From Aliivibrio fischeri ES114 (GTDB lineage: Bacteria; Pseudomonadota; Gammaproteobacteria; Enterobacterales; Vibrionaceae), in the NCBI RefSeq assembly GCF_000011805.1, contig NC_006840.2: a DNA stretch of 32,000 bases; one strand, given 5' to 3'. The position numbers and the translations under genes are program-made. Within the stretch, counting starts at the first letter, position 1; each line of letters begins with the position of its first letter. The notes below the pieces were generated by a model. The model did no database searches and was not told the DNA's origin. It saw only the letters and a list, made by a program, of their open reading frames with translations. Of this stretch, positions 18,237 to 29,345 are shown piece by piece.

Positions 18237-18668
18237 ATGTTTGATTGGTTTAATGCAGATTCTGCATTATGGGTATTATTTAGCTCTGGCTTTTTAAGTG
18301 CGACTTTATTACCAGGCGCTTCTGAAGCGAGTCTAATCGCAACATTGCAATTAAATAGCTTTTCTACATGGCTTGTTGTTTTTGTTGCAACGCTAGGCAA
18401 TACATTAGGTGGAATAACAAACTATTGGCTTGGTTTATTACTTCCTGATAAAACTTCTTCGCAGAAACACGGTCATAAAGCCATTCAATGGATTAAAAAA
18501 TATGGCTATTGGACATTATTATTTAGTTGGTTACCAATCATTGGCGATCCCCTTTGTTTAGCTGCCGGGTGGTTAAGGATGCGATTTTGGCCATGTATTT
18601 TTTTAATTGGGGTTGGTAAAGCGGCGCGATATGCCTTGCTATCGCTTGCAGTAAACGGGATTTTATAG
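18237..18668 (+). CDS. YqaA-family (VTT/DedA-like) inner membrane protein
   Basis: MFDWFNADSALWVLFSSGFLSATLLPGASEASLIA...TLGNTLGGITNYWLG...WLPIIGDPLCLAAGWLR. Track ORF starts at 18168, inside the upstream terminator, so ATG 18237 is preferred. Confidence 0.75.
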   Translation: MFDWFNADSALWVLFSSGFLSATLLPGASEASLIATLQLNSFSTWLVVFVATLGNTLGGITNYWLGLLLPDKTSSQKHGHKAIQWIKKYGYWTLLFSWLPIIGDPLCLAAGWLRMRFWPCIFLIGVGKAARYALLSLAVNGIL

Positions 18669-18677
18669 GACATAAGA

Positions 18678-21530
18678 ATGAAAAAAATATTAAGCCTTTC
18701 AATTGTTTTGGCGCTTGCAGGTTGCAGTAAATCTGAATTTGAAGCTCCGAAAGCGACTGATTTACCAAAAGGGGTGACCCTTGTTGAGCAAGTTTTACCT
18801 AAAGAAGGCTCAACGGTTATCCCTTATCAAAAATACACGCTAGATAACGGTTTGACTGTCATTCTTAGTCCAGACCACTCTGATCCACTTGTTCATGTTG
18901 ATGTGACTTATCATGTTGGTTCTGCTCGAGAAGAAATCGGTAAATCAGGTTTTGCTCACTTCTTTGAACATATGATGTTCCAAGGTTCAGAGAATGTGGG
19001 TGATCAACAACACTTTAAAATTATTACTGAAGCGGGTGGTACATTAAACGGTACAACCAATCGTGATCGCACCAATTACTTTGAAACTGTGCCTGCAAAT
19101 CAACTTGAAAAGATGTTATGGCTAGAATCTGATCGTATGGGGTTCTTGATTGATGCTGTATCTCAAAAGAAATTTGAAATTCAGCGCAGTACGGTGAAAA
19201 ACGAACGTGGACAAAATTACGATAATCGCCCATATGGCTTAATTTATGAAAAAATGGGCGAAGCATTATTCCCACAAGGTCATCCGTATTCATGGCAAAC
19301 TATAGGTTATGTAGAGGACTTAGATCGCGTTGATGTTAATGATCTAAAAGCTTTTTTCTTACGTTGGTATGGTCCTAATAATGCCGTCATTACCATTGGT
19401 GGTGATTTAGATAGTAAGCAAACACTTGAATGGGTGAATAAATATTTTGGTTCGATCCCTAGAGGACCAGAGGTTGAGAATGCACCTAAGCAACCAGTGA
19501 CATTAAAAGAAAACCGTTACATCACATTAGAAGATCGTATTCAGCAACCAATGGTAATGATTGGTTGGCCAACAACGTATCGTGGTGAAGAAACCGAAGC
19601 TAGCCTTGATATGCTGGCAACATTACTAGGTGATGGTAAAACGAGTCTCTTATACCAAGAGTTAGTAAAAACTGGCAAAGTAGTAGATGCTGGCGCTTTC
19701 CATGATTGTGCCGAGTTATCTTGTACCATGTATGTGTACGCCATGACTGATTCTGGTAAAAATAATGACCTATCTACCGCATATAAAGAGGTCATGGATG
19801 TACTTGAAAAATTTGATAAAGAAGGGGTATCCAAGGCAGACCTAGAAGAAGTTCAAGGTAGTGCTGAAGCTGGAGCCATCTTTGGCTTACAGTCGGTTTC
19901 AGGAAAAGTATCTCAACTTGCTTCTAATGAAACCTTTTATGGCAACCCAAATCAGTTAGAAAAACAATTAGCTGAATTAAAAGCGGTTACACCAGAGAAA
20001 GTATCCCAAGCATTTGACACTTATATGGCTAACAAATATAAGGTTACTTTAAGTGTTGTACCTAAAGGAAAAACACAGCTAGAAGTTCAAAAGCCAAATT
20101 TTGTAACGCCAAAGCGAGATCTTCCTGAATACAAAAAAATTGATGAAAATAGTTTAGATGTTCGTAGAGCAGTTGATGATTTTGATCGCTCAATTATGCC
20201 TCAACCATCAAAAGGCGTAACCGCTAAAGCCCCTGATATTTACCGTGCTAATTTAAGCAATGGTATTGAAGTTCTGGGAACTGAAGCGGTTGAAACACCT
20301 ACAATTCAATTACAAATAGCAATTCCAGCAGGTAATCGCTACGTACCGAAAGGGAAAGAAGGGTTAGCGTCGTTAACCGCTGCAATGATGGAAGAAGGTA
20401 CAACGACATCTTCCTCTGAAGAGTTACAAAAGAAATTGGATAAATTAGGTAGCTCTGTATCGTTTAATTCGGGCAGTTACACAACGACGATCTCGGTGGC
20501 GTCGTTAACAAAAAATATCGATCAGACCTTAGCTATCGTAAATGAAATGTTGTTTGAACCCGCGTTTGAGCAAGCTGATTTTGACCGTTTACAAAAGCAA
20601 GCTGTTGAAGGGCTTGTATATGAACATCAAAGACCATCTTGGTTAGCATCACAAGCGACTCGTGAAATTTTGTTCAAAGGGACGATTTTTGATCGCTCGC
20701 CAGATGGTTCATTAACATCAGTTCAAGCTCTGACGTTAGATGATGTTAAAGCTTTCTATAAGCAAACCTACACGCCGATTGGTACTCAAATTGTGTCAGT
20801 TGGTGATATTAATAAATCAGATTTGATAAACAAATTAGCGTTTTTATCTGATTGGAAAGGAGCAACACCTGAAATTTTAGCACCGCAACGCTTACCAACA
20901 TTAAACGAGCAAAAAATTTATTTGATCAATAAACCAAATGCACCTCAAAGCGTGGTTCGTTTTGTTCGACAAGGTATGCCGTTTGATGCAACAGGTGAAC
21001 TGTATCAAACACAGCTAGCTAATTTTAATTTAGGTGGAAACTTTAATAGCCGAATTAATCAGAATCTACGTGAAGATAAAGGCTACACTTATGGAGCTGG
21101 TGGCTACTTAATGGGCAATAAAGAGATCGGAATGTCGATTTTTTATGCGCAAGTAAGAGCCGATGTGACTGTTGAATCAATTAAAGAATTTATTTCTGAA
21201 ATGAATAAATTCAAAAAAGATGGAATGACAGTTGATGAACTGAATTTTATGCGCTTAGCCGTAGGGCAACAAGATGCATTAAAGTATGAAACTCCGGGCC
21301 AAAAAGCACACTTACTTGGCAAAATACTGACGTATTCATTGGATGATGATTTCATTGATGAACAAAATGAACTTATTGAGACGCTAGGTCGAGATAAGTT
21401 GAACTCATTAGCGGCTAAATGGTTCGATCCTGCGCAGTATCAAATTGTTGTGGTTGGTGATGAAAAAGAACTATTACCTAAATTGAAATCACTAGGTGTT
21501 CCTGTTGAAGTGATGACAGTGAAAAAGTAA
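18678..21530 (+). CDS. M16-family zinc metallopeptidase, predicted lipoprotein
   Basis: 950 aa; lipobox LALAGC, HxxEH zinc motif HFFEH, tandem M16 domain layout. Confidence 0.9.
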   Translation: MKKILSLSIVLALAGCSKSEFEAPKATDLPKGVTLVEQVLPKEGSTVIPYQKYTLDNGLTVILSPDHSDPLVHVDVTYHVGSAREEIGKSGFAHFFEHMMFQGSENVGDQQHFKIITEAGGTLNGTTNRDRTNYFETVPANQLEKMLWLESDRMGFLIDAVSQKKFEIQRSTVKNERGQNYDNRPYGLIYEKMGEALFPQGHPYSWQTIGYVEDLDRVDVNDLKAFFLRWYGPNNAVITIGGDLDSKQTLEWVNKYFGSIPRGPEVENAPKQPVTLKENRYITLEDRIQQPMVMIGWPTTYRGEETEASLDMLATLLGDGKTSLLYQELVKTGKVVDAGAFHDCAELSCTMYVYAMTDSGKNNDLSTAYKEVMDVLEKFDKEGVSKADLEEVQGSAEAGAIFGLQSVSGKVSQLASNETFYGNPNQLEKQLAELKAVTPEKVSQAFDTYMANKYKVTLSVVPKGKTQLEVQKPNFVTPKRDLPEYKKIDENSLDVRRAVDDFDRSIMPQPSKGVTAKAPDIYRANLSNGIEVLGTEAVETPTIQLQIAIPAGNRYVPKGKEGLASLTAAMMEEGTTTSSSEELQKKLDKLGSSVSFNSGSYTTTISVASLTKNIDQTLAIVNEMLFEPAFEQADFDRLQKQAVEGLVYEHQRPSWLASQATREILFKGTIFDRSPDGSLTSVQALTLDDVKAFYKQTYTPIGTQIVSVGDINKSDLINKLAFLSDWKGATPEILAPQRLPTLNEQKIYLINKPNAPQSVVRFVRQGMPFDATGELYQTQLANFNLGGNFNSRINQNLREDKGYTYGAGGYLMGNKEIGMSIFYAQVRADVTVESIKEFISEMNKFKKDGMTVDELNFMRLAVGQQDALKYETPGQKAHLLGKILTYSLDDDFIDEQNELIETLGRDKLNSLAAKWFDPAQYQIVVVGDEKELLPKLKSLGVPVEVMTVKK

Positions 21531-21543
21531 TAACACTTAGAAA

Positions 21544-21576
21544 GACGGCAATAAGTAGTATTTATTGCCGTTTTTT
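21544..21576 (+). terminator. Terminator downstream of the M16 peptidase gene
   Basis: ACGGCAATAA-gtagtat-TTATTGCCGTTTTTT. Confidence 0.85.
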
Positions 21577-21661
21577 CGTATCCAACTATCGATAAAATTT
21601 GTTAGTATCCATGACATAAATCAACATAATAATGTTGTTACCTCAATAGCGAGATTGTATT

Positions 21662-23227
21662 TTGACCGAATTTATCAACCGATTACAGAAAGTCGCTTCC
21701 AATCCTAACGCCTTTAAAAAAACAGGCCGAGGAATTGAAAGAGAAACGCTTCGATTCACTCTAGGAGCGTCACTTTCAACTAAGCCACACCCAGAAGGCG
21801 TAGGTTCAGCATTAACACATAAATACATCACAACAGATTTTGCAGAATCATTATTAGAGTTTATTACTCCAGTATCAAATGATGTTGATACCGTATTAAA
21901 GCAATTAGAAGATGTACACCACTATACGGTTTCTCACATGGGAGACGAAAAACTATGGCCACTTTCAATGCCATGTTTTGTTACTCATGATGACGATATT
22001 ACGTTAGCTCAATACGGTGAATCGAACGTAGGTAAACTGAAAACAACTTATCGTGAAGGCCTAAAGCGTCGTTACGGTAGCGTGATGCAAGTGATTTCTG
22101 GCGTACATTTTAATTTTTCATTTTCAACAGAGTTTTGGGATGAATTATTTGGTGAACAATCAGAAGACCAAAGAAAAGAATCGGTATCAGATGCTTATTT
22201 TGCATTAATTCGAAACTACTACCGTTTTGGTTGGTTAATTCCTTATTTCTTTGGTGCTTCACCGGCATTATGTAGCTCATTTATTCAAGGTCGTGAAACC
22301 TCTATGGACTTTGAATCCTTAGGTAAGACTTATTACTTACCTTATGCTACATCGTTGCGTCTGAGTGATTTGGGCTATACCAATGATGCTCAAAGTAATC
22401 TAAAAATTAGCCTGAACAGCGTTAATGAATATGTTGATGGTTTAAATAAAGCCATTCGAACACCATCAGAAGAGTTCGCTAAAATAGGTTTAAAAGAAGG
22501 TGATAAACATATTCAGTTGAACTCAAATGTTCTTCAAATTGAAAATGAACTTTATGCTCCAATTCGCCCAAAACGAGTGACAAAAAGTGGCGAAAGACCT
22601 TCTGAAGCACTAGAAAGAGACGGGGTTGAATACATTGAAGTTCGTTCTTTAGATGTAAACCCGTACAGTCCAATTGGTGTTAATGAAGATCAAGTTCGCT
22701 TCTTAGATATGTTCTTAACTTGGACTGTTCTGAGTGACTCTGCACCAATGAATGACAGTGAAATGGCCTGTTGGAAAGACAACTGGAATAAGATCATTGA
22801 AAAAGGTCGTAAGCCGGGGTTAGAACTAAAAATTGGTTGCCAAGGTGAACGATTAACTCAAAAAGCATGGGCTGAAAGAGTATTTGAAGATTTGCTGGTT
22901 ATCGCAAAAGAAATGGATCGCGTTAACGGTGATGACGCTTATCAACAGACTCATAAACGCCTAAGTGCAATGATTGATGATCCTGAGCTAACGATTTCAG
23001 GTCGTCTATTGGCTGAAACAAAAGCCGCTGGCGGTATCGGTGTGATTGGTTGTAAATTGGCGGTAGAGCATCGTGAAACACACTTAGCTCATCAATATCG
23101 TTTTTATACTAAGCAAGAGTTAGATGCTGAAGTTGAACGTTCAGTTCAGGCACAAAAAGAAATTGAAGCGAATGATAAGCTTTCTTTTTCTGAATATTTA
23201 GAAGAATACTTCAGTTATTTGAAGTGA
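21662..23227 (+). CDS. gshA: Glutamate--cysteine ligase
   Basis: 521 aa, TTG start; [44 protein letters not shown]. Confidence 0.93.
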
Positions 23228-23246
23228 TACTTACGAAGAAATATCT

Positions 23247-23282
23247 AGCACTGTTATTCTATGGGTAGCAGTGCTTTTTTTT
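23247..23282 (+). terminator. Terminator downstream of gshA
   Basis: AGCACTG...CAGTGCTTTTTTTT. Confidence 0.7.
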
Positions 23283-23290
23283 GAGAAAAA

Positions 23291-23893
23291 TTGATGAAAT
23301 ATAAACTTCCACTTGCCGCTATAGCATTATTAGGATTATCTGGGTGTGCGACGGCACCACCAACCAAACAGGATAATCTATGTGATATTTTCCGTGAAAA
23401 AAGCGGATGGTATGACGATGCTAAAGATATGACTGAAGAGTATGGTACGCCGATAAATGTAGCTATGGCTATTATGAAACAAGAAAGTAGCTTCAGAGCA
23501 ACGGTGCGTCCACCTAGAACCAAACTACTTGGTTTTATACCATGGAGTCGACCAAGTTCAGCTTATGGTTACGCACAAGCTCAGGACCCTGTATGGGGAG
23601 AATATGAAGATGAAACGGGTGGTGGTTCTCGTAGTAGCTTTGATGATGCAATCATGTTCATCGGTTGGTACACTGACGGTTCTCAAAAGCAGTTAGGGAT
23701 TTCTAAGTGGGATCCATATAACCAATATTTGGCGTACCATGAAGGTCGCGGTGGTTTTAAACGCAAAAGCTACAAAAATAAACCACAATTGATTAAGATA
23801 GCTCGTAAGGTTGAATCTCAAGCCAAAACTTATGGTTGGCAATTAAAGCAATGTAAGGCTGAGCTAGAGAGACAAAGCAGTTGGTGGTGGTAA
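23291..23893 (+). CDS. Lytic transglycosylase-like (SLT-fold) lipoprotein
   Basis: 200 aa; lipobox LGLSGC, AMAIMKQESSFRA catalytic-region motif and SSAYGYAQAQDPVWGEY. Confidence 0.75.
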   Translation: MMKYKLPLAAIALLGLSGCATAPPTKQDNLCDIFREKSGWYDDAKDMTEEYGTPINVAMAIMKQESSFRATVRPPRTKLLGFIPWSRPSSAYGYAQAQDPVWGEYEDETGGGSRSSFDDAIMFIGWYTDGSQKQLGISKWDPYNQYLAYHEGRGGFKRKSYKNKPQLIKIARKVESQAKTYGWQLKQCKAELERQSSWWW

Positions 23894-23924
23894 GCCATCA
23901 TTTATAACTTTAAAGGATTAAAAT

Positions 23925-24443
23925 ATGCCATTGTTAGATAGTTTTACTGTAGATCATACTCGTATGGAAGCACCGGCGGTTCGTGTTGCGAAAACAATGC
24001 AAACACCTAAAGGCGATACAATTACTGTATTTGATTTACGCTTTACGGCACCAAATAAAGATATTCTGTCAGAGAAAGGCATTCATACATTAGAGCATTT
24101 ATACGCAGGTTTTATGCGTAACCACCTTAATGGCAGCGGTGTTGAAATTATTGATATCTCGCCAATGGGGTGTCGTACTGGCTTCTATATGAGCTTGATC
24201 GGTACACCAGCTGAGCAAGCGGTTGCTGATGCATGGGTTTCATCAATGGAAGATGTGCTGAAAGTAGAAGCTCAAAATAAAATTCCTGAACTGAATGAGT
24301 ATCAATGTGGTACTTATGAAATGCATTCACTTGATGAAGCAAAAGCAATCGCAAGCACAGTGCTTGCATCAGGTATCAGCGTAAATAAAAATGATGAACT
24401 TGCACTATCTGATTCAATGCTAAAAGAATTATCTAATCATTAA
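23925..24443 (+). CDS. luxS: S-ribosylhomocysteine lyase (AI-2 synthase)
   Basis: 172 aa; [53 protein letters not shown]. Confidence 0.98.
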   Translation: MPLLDSFTVDHTRMEAPAVRVAKTMQTPKGDTITVFDLRFTAPNKDILSEKGIHTLEHLYAGFMRNHLNGSGVEIIDISPMGCRTGFYMSLIGTPAEQAVADAWVSSMEDVLKVEAQNKIPELNEYQCGTYEMHSLDEAKAIASTVLASGISVNKNDELALSDSMLKELSNH

Positions 24444-24461
24444 TTGACGTTTTAATTTGAA

Positions 24462-24491
24462 AAAAAAGCCCGCATTTAGCGGGCTTTTTTT
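24462..24491 (+). terminator. Terminator downstream of luxS
   Basis: AAAAGCCCGC-attta-GCGGGCTTTTTTT. Confidence 0.9.
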
Positions 24492-24534
24492 AGCTGAATA
24501 TCAGCTTTAACCATTGATAGTATTGGTATACAAA

Positions 24535-25839
24535 TTATTTATCATCTTCAGTACTTGGGAATACCTTTACAAGGTTAATTTTGTTTTCTTCGACAGCGAC
24601 AATTTCCATATTATGCTGTTCAATTTCGAGGCTAATTTCCGTTTCAGGGATCTCTTCTAAATGCTCAAGGATTAAGCCATTAAGTGTTCTTGGCCCATCT
24701 GTTGGTAAGTCCCATTTTAAGCCTTTATTAATGTCTCGAATATTGGCACTACCTTCAATCATAAAGCTGCCATCAGGCTGAGGTGTAATTTCTTCAGCTA
24801 AACTTGGAGCCATTGAGGTAGTGAATTCACCAACAATTTCTTCCAAAATATCTTCTAATGTTATTAAACCCTGGATATCACCGTATTCATCAACAACTAA
24901 TCCAATGCGTTCTTTATTACGCTGAAACTTTAATAGCTGTGAATTAAGTGGGGTAGCTTCAGGTATGAAATAAATTTCATCCGCGGCTCTTAATAGTGTT
25001 TCTTTGGTAAATTCATTTTTTTCAAGCATCAAGCGATAAGATTCACGTAAGCGAAGCATCCCAACCACTTCATCGATTTGATCTCGATATAAAACAATAC
25101 GTCCGTGAGGGGAGTGAGTTAATTGACGTGAAATCGATTTCCAATCATCGTTAATATCAATCCCTGTAATTTCACTACGAGGCACCATAATATCGTTAAC
25201 GGTAACGTGCTCTAAATCCAGTATTGAAATCAGCATATCTTGGTGACGACGAGGAATTAATCCTCCCGCCTCATGAACAACGGTTCTTAATTCTTCAGAA
25301 CTTAATTTATCTTTATCGTCATGTCCTGAACCAAGGCCGAGTATTTTTAAGAAACCGTTAGTGATTAGATTTACTAAAATAACCAGTGGAGAAAGCAGTT
25401 TCATTAACACATTAAGGACGATACTACTGCTATAAGAAACGCGTTCTGGGTACATTGCTGCAAGGGTTTTAGGAGTTACTTCTGCAAAGACAAGAATCAC
25501 AAGGGTTAATACACCGGTAGAGATGGCTACGCCTAGGTCACCATAAAGTCGCATACCAAGAATGGTTGCTATTGCAGAGGCTAGAATGTTAACAAGGTTA
25601 TTGCCGATAAGGATAAGGCCAATGAGGCGATCTGGACGACTGAGTAGTTTTTCAACACGTTTTGCACCTTTATGCCCCTGATTTGACAGGTGCTTTAGGC
25701 GGTAGCGGTTTAACGACATCATGCCCGTTTCTGAGCTTGAGAAGTAACCTGAGATAACAATGAGTATAGCTAATAACGTAAATAGGGCACCGGTTGATAT
25801 ATCGTCCAAGTGTCTTGTTCCTCGTTTTAAAGGGAGCAT
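24535..25839 (-). CDS. CNNM/DUF21 + CBS domain + CorC_HlyC protein (CorB/YfjD-type)
   Basis: 434 aa; SSSETGMMSLNRYRLKHLSNQGHKGAKRVEKLL, HDDKDKLSSEELRTVVHEAG, DIMVPRSEITGIDIND, DEYGDIQGLITLEDILEEIVGEFT. Confidence 0.88.
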   Translation of the reverse strand: MLPLKRGTRHLDDISTGALFTLLAILIVISGYFSSSETGMMSLNRYRLKHLSNQGHKGAKRVEKLLSRPDRLIGLILIGNNLVNILASAIATILGMRLYGDLGVAISTGVLTLVILVFAEVTPKTLAAMYPERVSYSSSIVLNVLMKLLSPLVILVNLITNGFLKILGLGSGHDDKDKLSSEELRTVVHEAGGLIPRRHQDMLISILDLEHVTVNDIMVPRSEITGIDINDDWKSISRQLTHSPHGRIVLYRDQIDEVVGMLRLRESYRLMLEKNEFTKETLLRAADEIYFIPEATPLNSQLLKFQRNKERIGLVVDEYGDIQGLITLEDILEEIVGEFTTSMAPSLAEEITPQPDGSFMIEGSANIRDINKGLKWDLPTDGPRTLNGLILEHLEEIPETEISLEIEQHNMEIVAVEENKINLVKVFPSTEDDK

Positions 25840-25942
25840 ATAAACCTAAGCACTTACTTAGATTGATATAATTAAAAGGTATTTATCTAATCTGATAATC
25901 CGTCTGTCAAGTTTGAATACAAAAAGTGAGCGATTGTCGCAA

Positions 25943-26737
25943 TTAAGTTAACACAATCTCTTGAACAAAACGGCTACCAAAGTAAGCAAGGGTCAGTAAG
26001 AAAGCACCAGATAAACTGAACCATAATGCTTTTTGACCACGCCACCCACGCTGATAGTGGCCCCAAGTTAATGTTGCGTAGATAATCCAAGCAATAAAGG
26101 AAAGTATTGCTTTGTGAGCTTTACCCTGAGCAAACATATCTTGAATAAATGTGAATCCAGTCATTAATGTAAGAGTGAGTAGTAATAAACCCACAAGAAT
26201 GATCTTGAAAAGTTGGCGTTCAACCATCATTAATGGAGGAAGGTTTGGATTTAACATTAATGATTTTTTGCTTTTGAGTTTATGATCAAGCCAAGCTAAT
26301 TGAAGCGCATAGAGTGTAGCAATCATCAATGTTGAATAAGCAAATAAAGCCAAAGATATGTGGATGAGTAAACTTGGGTGAGTTTCAAGGTGAGTAATAA
26401 ATGCACCTGGCAAGAAAGTCGCTGCTAATAAGTTAATGGCAGAAAAGCTATAAACCACAGGTAAAATGAACCATACTCGGAACTTGAGCATAGAGACACT
26501 CATTACTAGCGATATAATAAAGCTAATAAGAGAAGCGACATTTAAAATACTTAGGTTTTGTCCGGCAGTATTTAAAATGAGCTCTTTGAGTTGCCAGGCA
26601 TGCAAAAGCAGCGCAAGGAATGCACAAACGAACACAACTTTGGTCTGAATTTTATTTTTACTTGCTAAGCCTGGGATAACAAAGCCTAATGCAAGAAAGT
26701 AAGATAGAGCAGCACCGATTGCTGTAATGGTATCCAT
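25943..26737 (-). CDS. ypjD: CcsA-like inner membrane protein YpjD
   Basis: 264 aa multi-TM protein divergent from ffh; HPSLLIHISLALFAYSTLMIATLYALQL, HKAILSFIAWIIYATLTWGHYQRGWRG. Confidence 0.8.
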   Translation of the reverse strand: MDTITAIGAALSYFLALGFVIPGLASKNKIQTKVVFVCAFLALLLHAWQLKELILNTAGQNLSILNVASLISFIISLVMSVSMLKFRVWFILPVVYSFSAINLLAATFLPGAFITHLETHPSLLIHISLALFAYSTLMIATLYALQLAWLDHKLKSKKSLMLNPNLPPLMMVERQLFKIILVGLLLLTLTLMTGFTFIQDMFAQGKAHKAILSFIAWIIYATLTWGHYQRGWRGQKALWFSLSGAFLLTLAYFGSRFVQEIVLT

Positions 26738-26888
26738 AATTTACTGTTCACCTAGTTTATCAACATCTTGATTATACCCTCTACAGGACAATCTCGGTAG
26801 GTGTGATTCAGTTAGGTTAAAAAATTTTCATTATTACGCCCAAGATTTAGGTATAATCGTTTAATGGTCGCAAAGTAGGCGCAGGAAT

Positions 26889-28262
26889 ATGTTTGATAAT
26901 TTAACGGATAGACTATCCAGAACACTGAAAAATATCAGTGGTAAAGGTCGATTAACAGAAGACAACATTAAAGAAACGCTACGTGAAGTACGTATGGCGT
27001 TACTGGAAGCTGATGTAGCTTTACCAGTGGTTCGTGATTTTGTAAAACGCGTAAAAGAAGGTGCTGTAGGTGTTGAAGTATCAAAAAGTTTAACACCTGG
27101 CCAAGAATTCATAAAAATTGTTCAAGCTGAACTAGAAGCAGTTATGGGGGATTCTAACGAAGCCCTTAACCTAGCTTGTCAGCCGCCAGCGGTTATTTTA
27201 ATGGCAGGCTTACAAGGTGCAGGTAAAACAACAAGTACCGGTAAATTAGCTAAACTATTAAAAGAGCGCGACAAGAAAAAGGTATTAGTAGTTTCTGCCG
27301 ATGTTTATCGTCCTGCGGCGATCAAACAGTTAGAAACATTAGCAGCAGATGTGGATGTTGATTTCTTCCCATCTAGTGCAGATCAAAAGCCTATTGATAT
27401 TGTTGATGCGGCGATTAGCCACGCAAAACTGAAGTTTTTTGATGTTGTTATTGTCGATACAGCAGGTCGTTTGGCTGTTGATACCGAAATGATGGATGAA
27501 ATCAAACAGCTTCATGCTCATGTAAATCCGATTGAGACTCTGTTTGTTGTTGATGCAATGACAGGTCAAGATGCGGCAAATACAGCAAAAGCGTTTGGTG
27601 ATGCTTTACCTCTAACCGGTGTTATTTTAACAAAGGTTGATGGTGATGCTCGTGGTGGTGCTGCATTATCAGTTCGTCATATTACAGGTAAACCAGTTAA
27701 ATTCTTAGGTGTTGGTGAAAAAACTGACGCACTAGAACCGTTCCACCCAGAACGTATTGCTTCTCGAATTTTAGGTATGGGTGATGTTCTTTCTTTAATT
27801 GAAGATCTTGAAAAGAACGTAGATAAAGAAAAAGCAGAGAAACTGGCGAAAAAATTCAAAGAGAAAAAAGGCTTTGATTTAGAAGATTTCCGTGAGCAGC
27901 TTGGTCAGATGAAAAACATGGGCGGCATGATGGGCATGATGGATAAACTTCCAGGAATGTCTCAGCTACCAAGTGATGTGAAAGATAAAGTTGATGATAA
28001 AATGTTCAATCAAATGGAAGCTATTATTAATTCCATGACGATGAAAGAGCGTCAACGTCCTGAAATCATCAAAGGTTCACGCAAAAAACGTATCGCTGCG
28101 GGTTCTGGTGTACAAGTTCAAGATGTAAACCGTATGCTAAAACAATTTACCCAAATGCAGAAGATGATGAAGAAAATGCAGAAGGGTGGCATGAAAGGCA
28201 TGATGCGTAATATGCAAGGTATGATGGGTGGTATGGGCGGAATGGGTGGCTTCGGTCGCTAA
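26889..28262 (+). CDS. ffh: Signal recognition particle protein Ffh
   Basis: 457 aa; MFDNLTDRLSRTLKNISGKGRLTEDNI, GLQGAGKTTSTGKLAKLL, methionine-rich M domain. Confidence 0.97.
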   Translation: MFDNLTDRLSRTLKNISGKGRLTEDNIKETLREVRMALLEADVALPVVRDFVKRVKEGAVGVEVSKSLTPGQEFIKIVQAELEAVMGDSNEALNLACQPPAVILMAGLQGAGKTTSTGKLAKLLKERDKKKVLVVSADVYRPAAIKQLETLAADVDVDFFPSSADQKPIDIVDAAISHAKLKFFDVVIVDTAGRLAVDTEMMDEIKQLHAHVNPIETLFVVDAMTGQDAANTAKAFGDALPLTGVILTKVDGDARGGAALSVRHITGKPVKFLGVGEKTDALEPFHPERIASRILGMGDVLSLIEDLEKNVDKEKAEKLAKKFKEKKGFDLEDFREQLGQMKNMGGMMGMMDKLPGMSQLPSDVKDKVDDKMFNQMEAIINSMTMKERQRPEIIKGSRKKRIAAGSGVQVQDVNRMLKQFTQMQKMMKKMQKGGMKGMMRNMQGMMGGMGGMGGFGR

Positions 28263-28519
28263 AAATCCAATACAATCAGTAGTATCTAAAAAGATATATA
28301 ATTAAGGGCGGCAAGTTAATTTGTTGAAAAACTTAACCTGGCGCACTTTTTTAAACCAATTTTTTCATCAATTACAAAAATAATTGGTGAAAAAGTAACT
28401 AAATCCCTTGCATTGAAACTCTATAAGAGTAAAATTCCGGGGCTTTATTTTGGCACGAGGGCTCAAAAATTGATTTTTTTGGGCCAATTTAATTTTTATA
28501 CAAAGCAAAAGAGGACGAT

Positions 28520-28768
28520 ATGGTTACCATTCGTTTGGCACGTCACGGCGCTAAGAAGCGTCCATTCTATCAAATCGTTGTAGCGGACAGCCGTTTCAAA
28601 GCAACTGGTCGTTACATTGAGAAAGTAGGTTTCTTTAACCCTACAGCACAAGGTCAAGAAGAAGGTCTACGTTTAGATCTAGACCGTGTTGGCCACTGGG
28701 TTGAGCAAGGCGCTGGTCTTTCTGATCGTGTAGCTAAGCTAGTTAAAGACGCTAAAAAAGCGGCTTAA
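28520..28768 (+). CDS. rpsP: 30S ribosomal protein S16
   Basis: [41 protein letters not shown]. Confidence 0.98.
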   Translation: MVTIRLARHGAKKRPFYQIVVADSRFKATGRYIEKVGFFNPTAQGQEEGLRLDLDRVGHWVEQGAGLSDRVAKLVKDAKKAA

Positions 28769-28795
28769 TATTAGTTGGTTAAAGGTAAAGAATTT

Positions 28796-29323
28796 ATGAG
28801 TAAGCAAGACGAAGTTATTGTTGTAGGTAAGTTTGGTGCTTCCTATGGTATTCGTGGATGGTTGAAAGTAGTTTCTTTTACAGATCAACCTGAAAGTATT
28901 TTCGACTACAAACCTTGGCTTATCCAAGTTAAAGGTGAATGGGTCGAGTTTTCAGTTGAAAGCTGGAAACGTCATAAAGGTTTGGTGTGCAAACTGAAAG
29001 GGTTAGATGTTCGAGAAGAAGCTCAAACATATACTAACCTAGAAATTGCAGTTAAAGCAGACGCACTACCTGAGCTGTCAGAAGATGAATTCTACTGGCG
29101 TGAATTGTTTGGTATGGAAGTGGTTACAACTAAAGGCTATGCGCTTGGCGTTGTTGACGACATTTTTGAAACCGGATCAAACGATGTTCTTGTAGTCAAA
29201 GCCAACCTGAAAGATGCTTTTGGTAAAAAGGAACGATTGATTCCTTTTATTGATGAGCAAGTGATCAAATTAATTGATCGTGAAGCTCAACGGATCGAAG
29301 TTGACTGGGATCCTGGGTTTTAA
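28796..29323 (+). CDS. rimM: Ribosome maturation factor RimM
   Basis: [38 protein letters not shown]; canonical rpsP-rimM-trmD-rplS order. The track's 28775 start adds 7 residues. Confidence 0.93.
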   Translation: MSKQDEVIVVGKFGASYGIRGWLKVVSFTDQPESIFDYKPWLIQVKGEWVEFSVESWKRHKGLVCKLKGLDVREEAQTYTNLEIAVKADALPELSEDEFYWRELFGMEVVTTKGYALGVVDDIFETGSNDVLVVKANLKDAFGKKERLIPFIDEQVIKLIDREAQRIEVDWDPGF

Positions 29324-29345
29324 CCCCTAGGTAAAGCGAGGGCAC

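Noticed and set aside
23254-23523. 89-aa minus-strand ORF antisense to the transglycosylase-like gene
   Set aside because: Antisense to a better-supported lipoprotein CDS; no independent support.
28263-28519. 257-bp ffh-rpsP gap as a possible structured ribosomal leader or small RNA
   Set aside because: A promoter-like stretch (TTGCAT ... TAAAAT) and short T-runs are visible, but I could not identify a convincing conserved structure without alignment tools.
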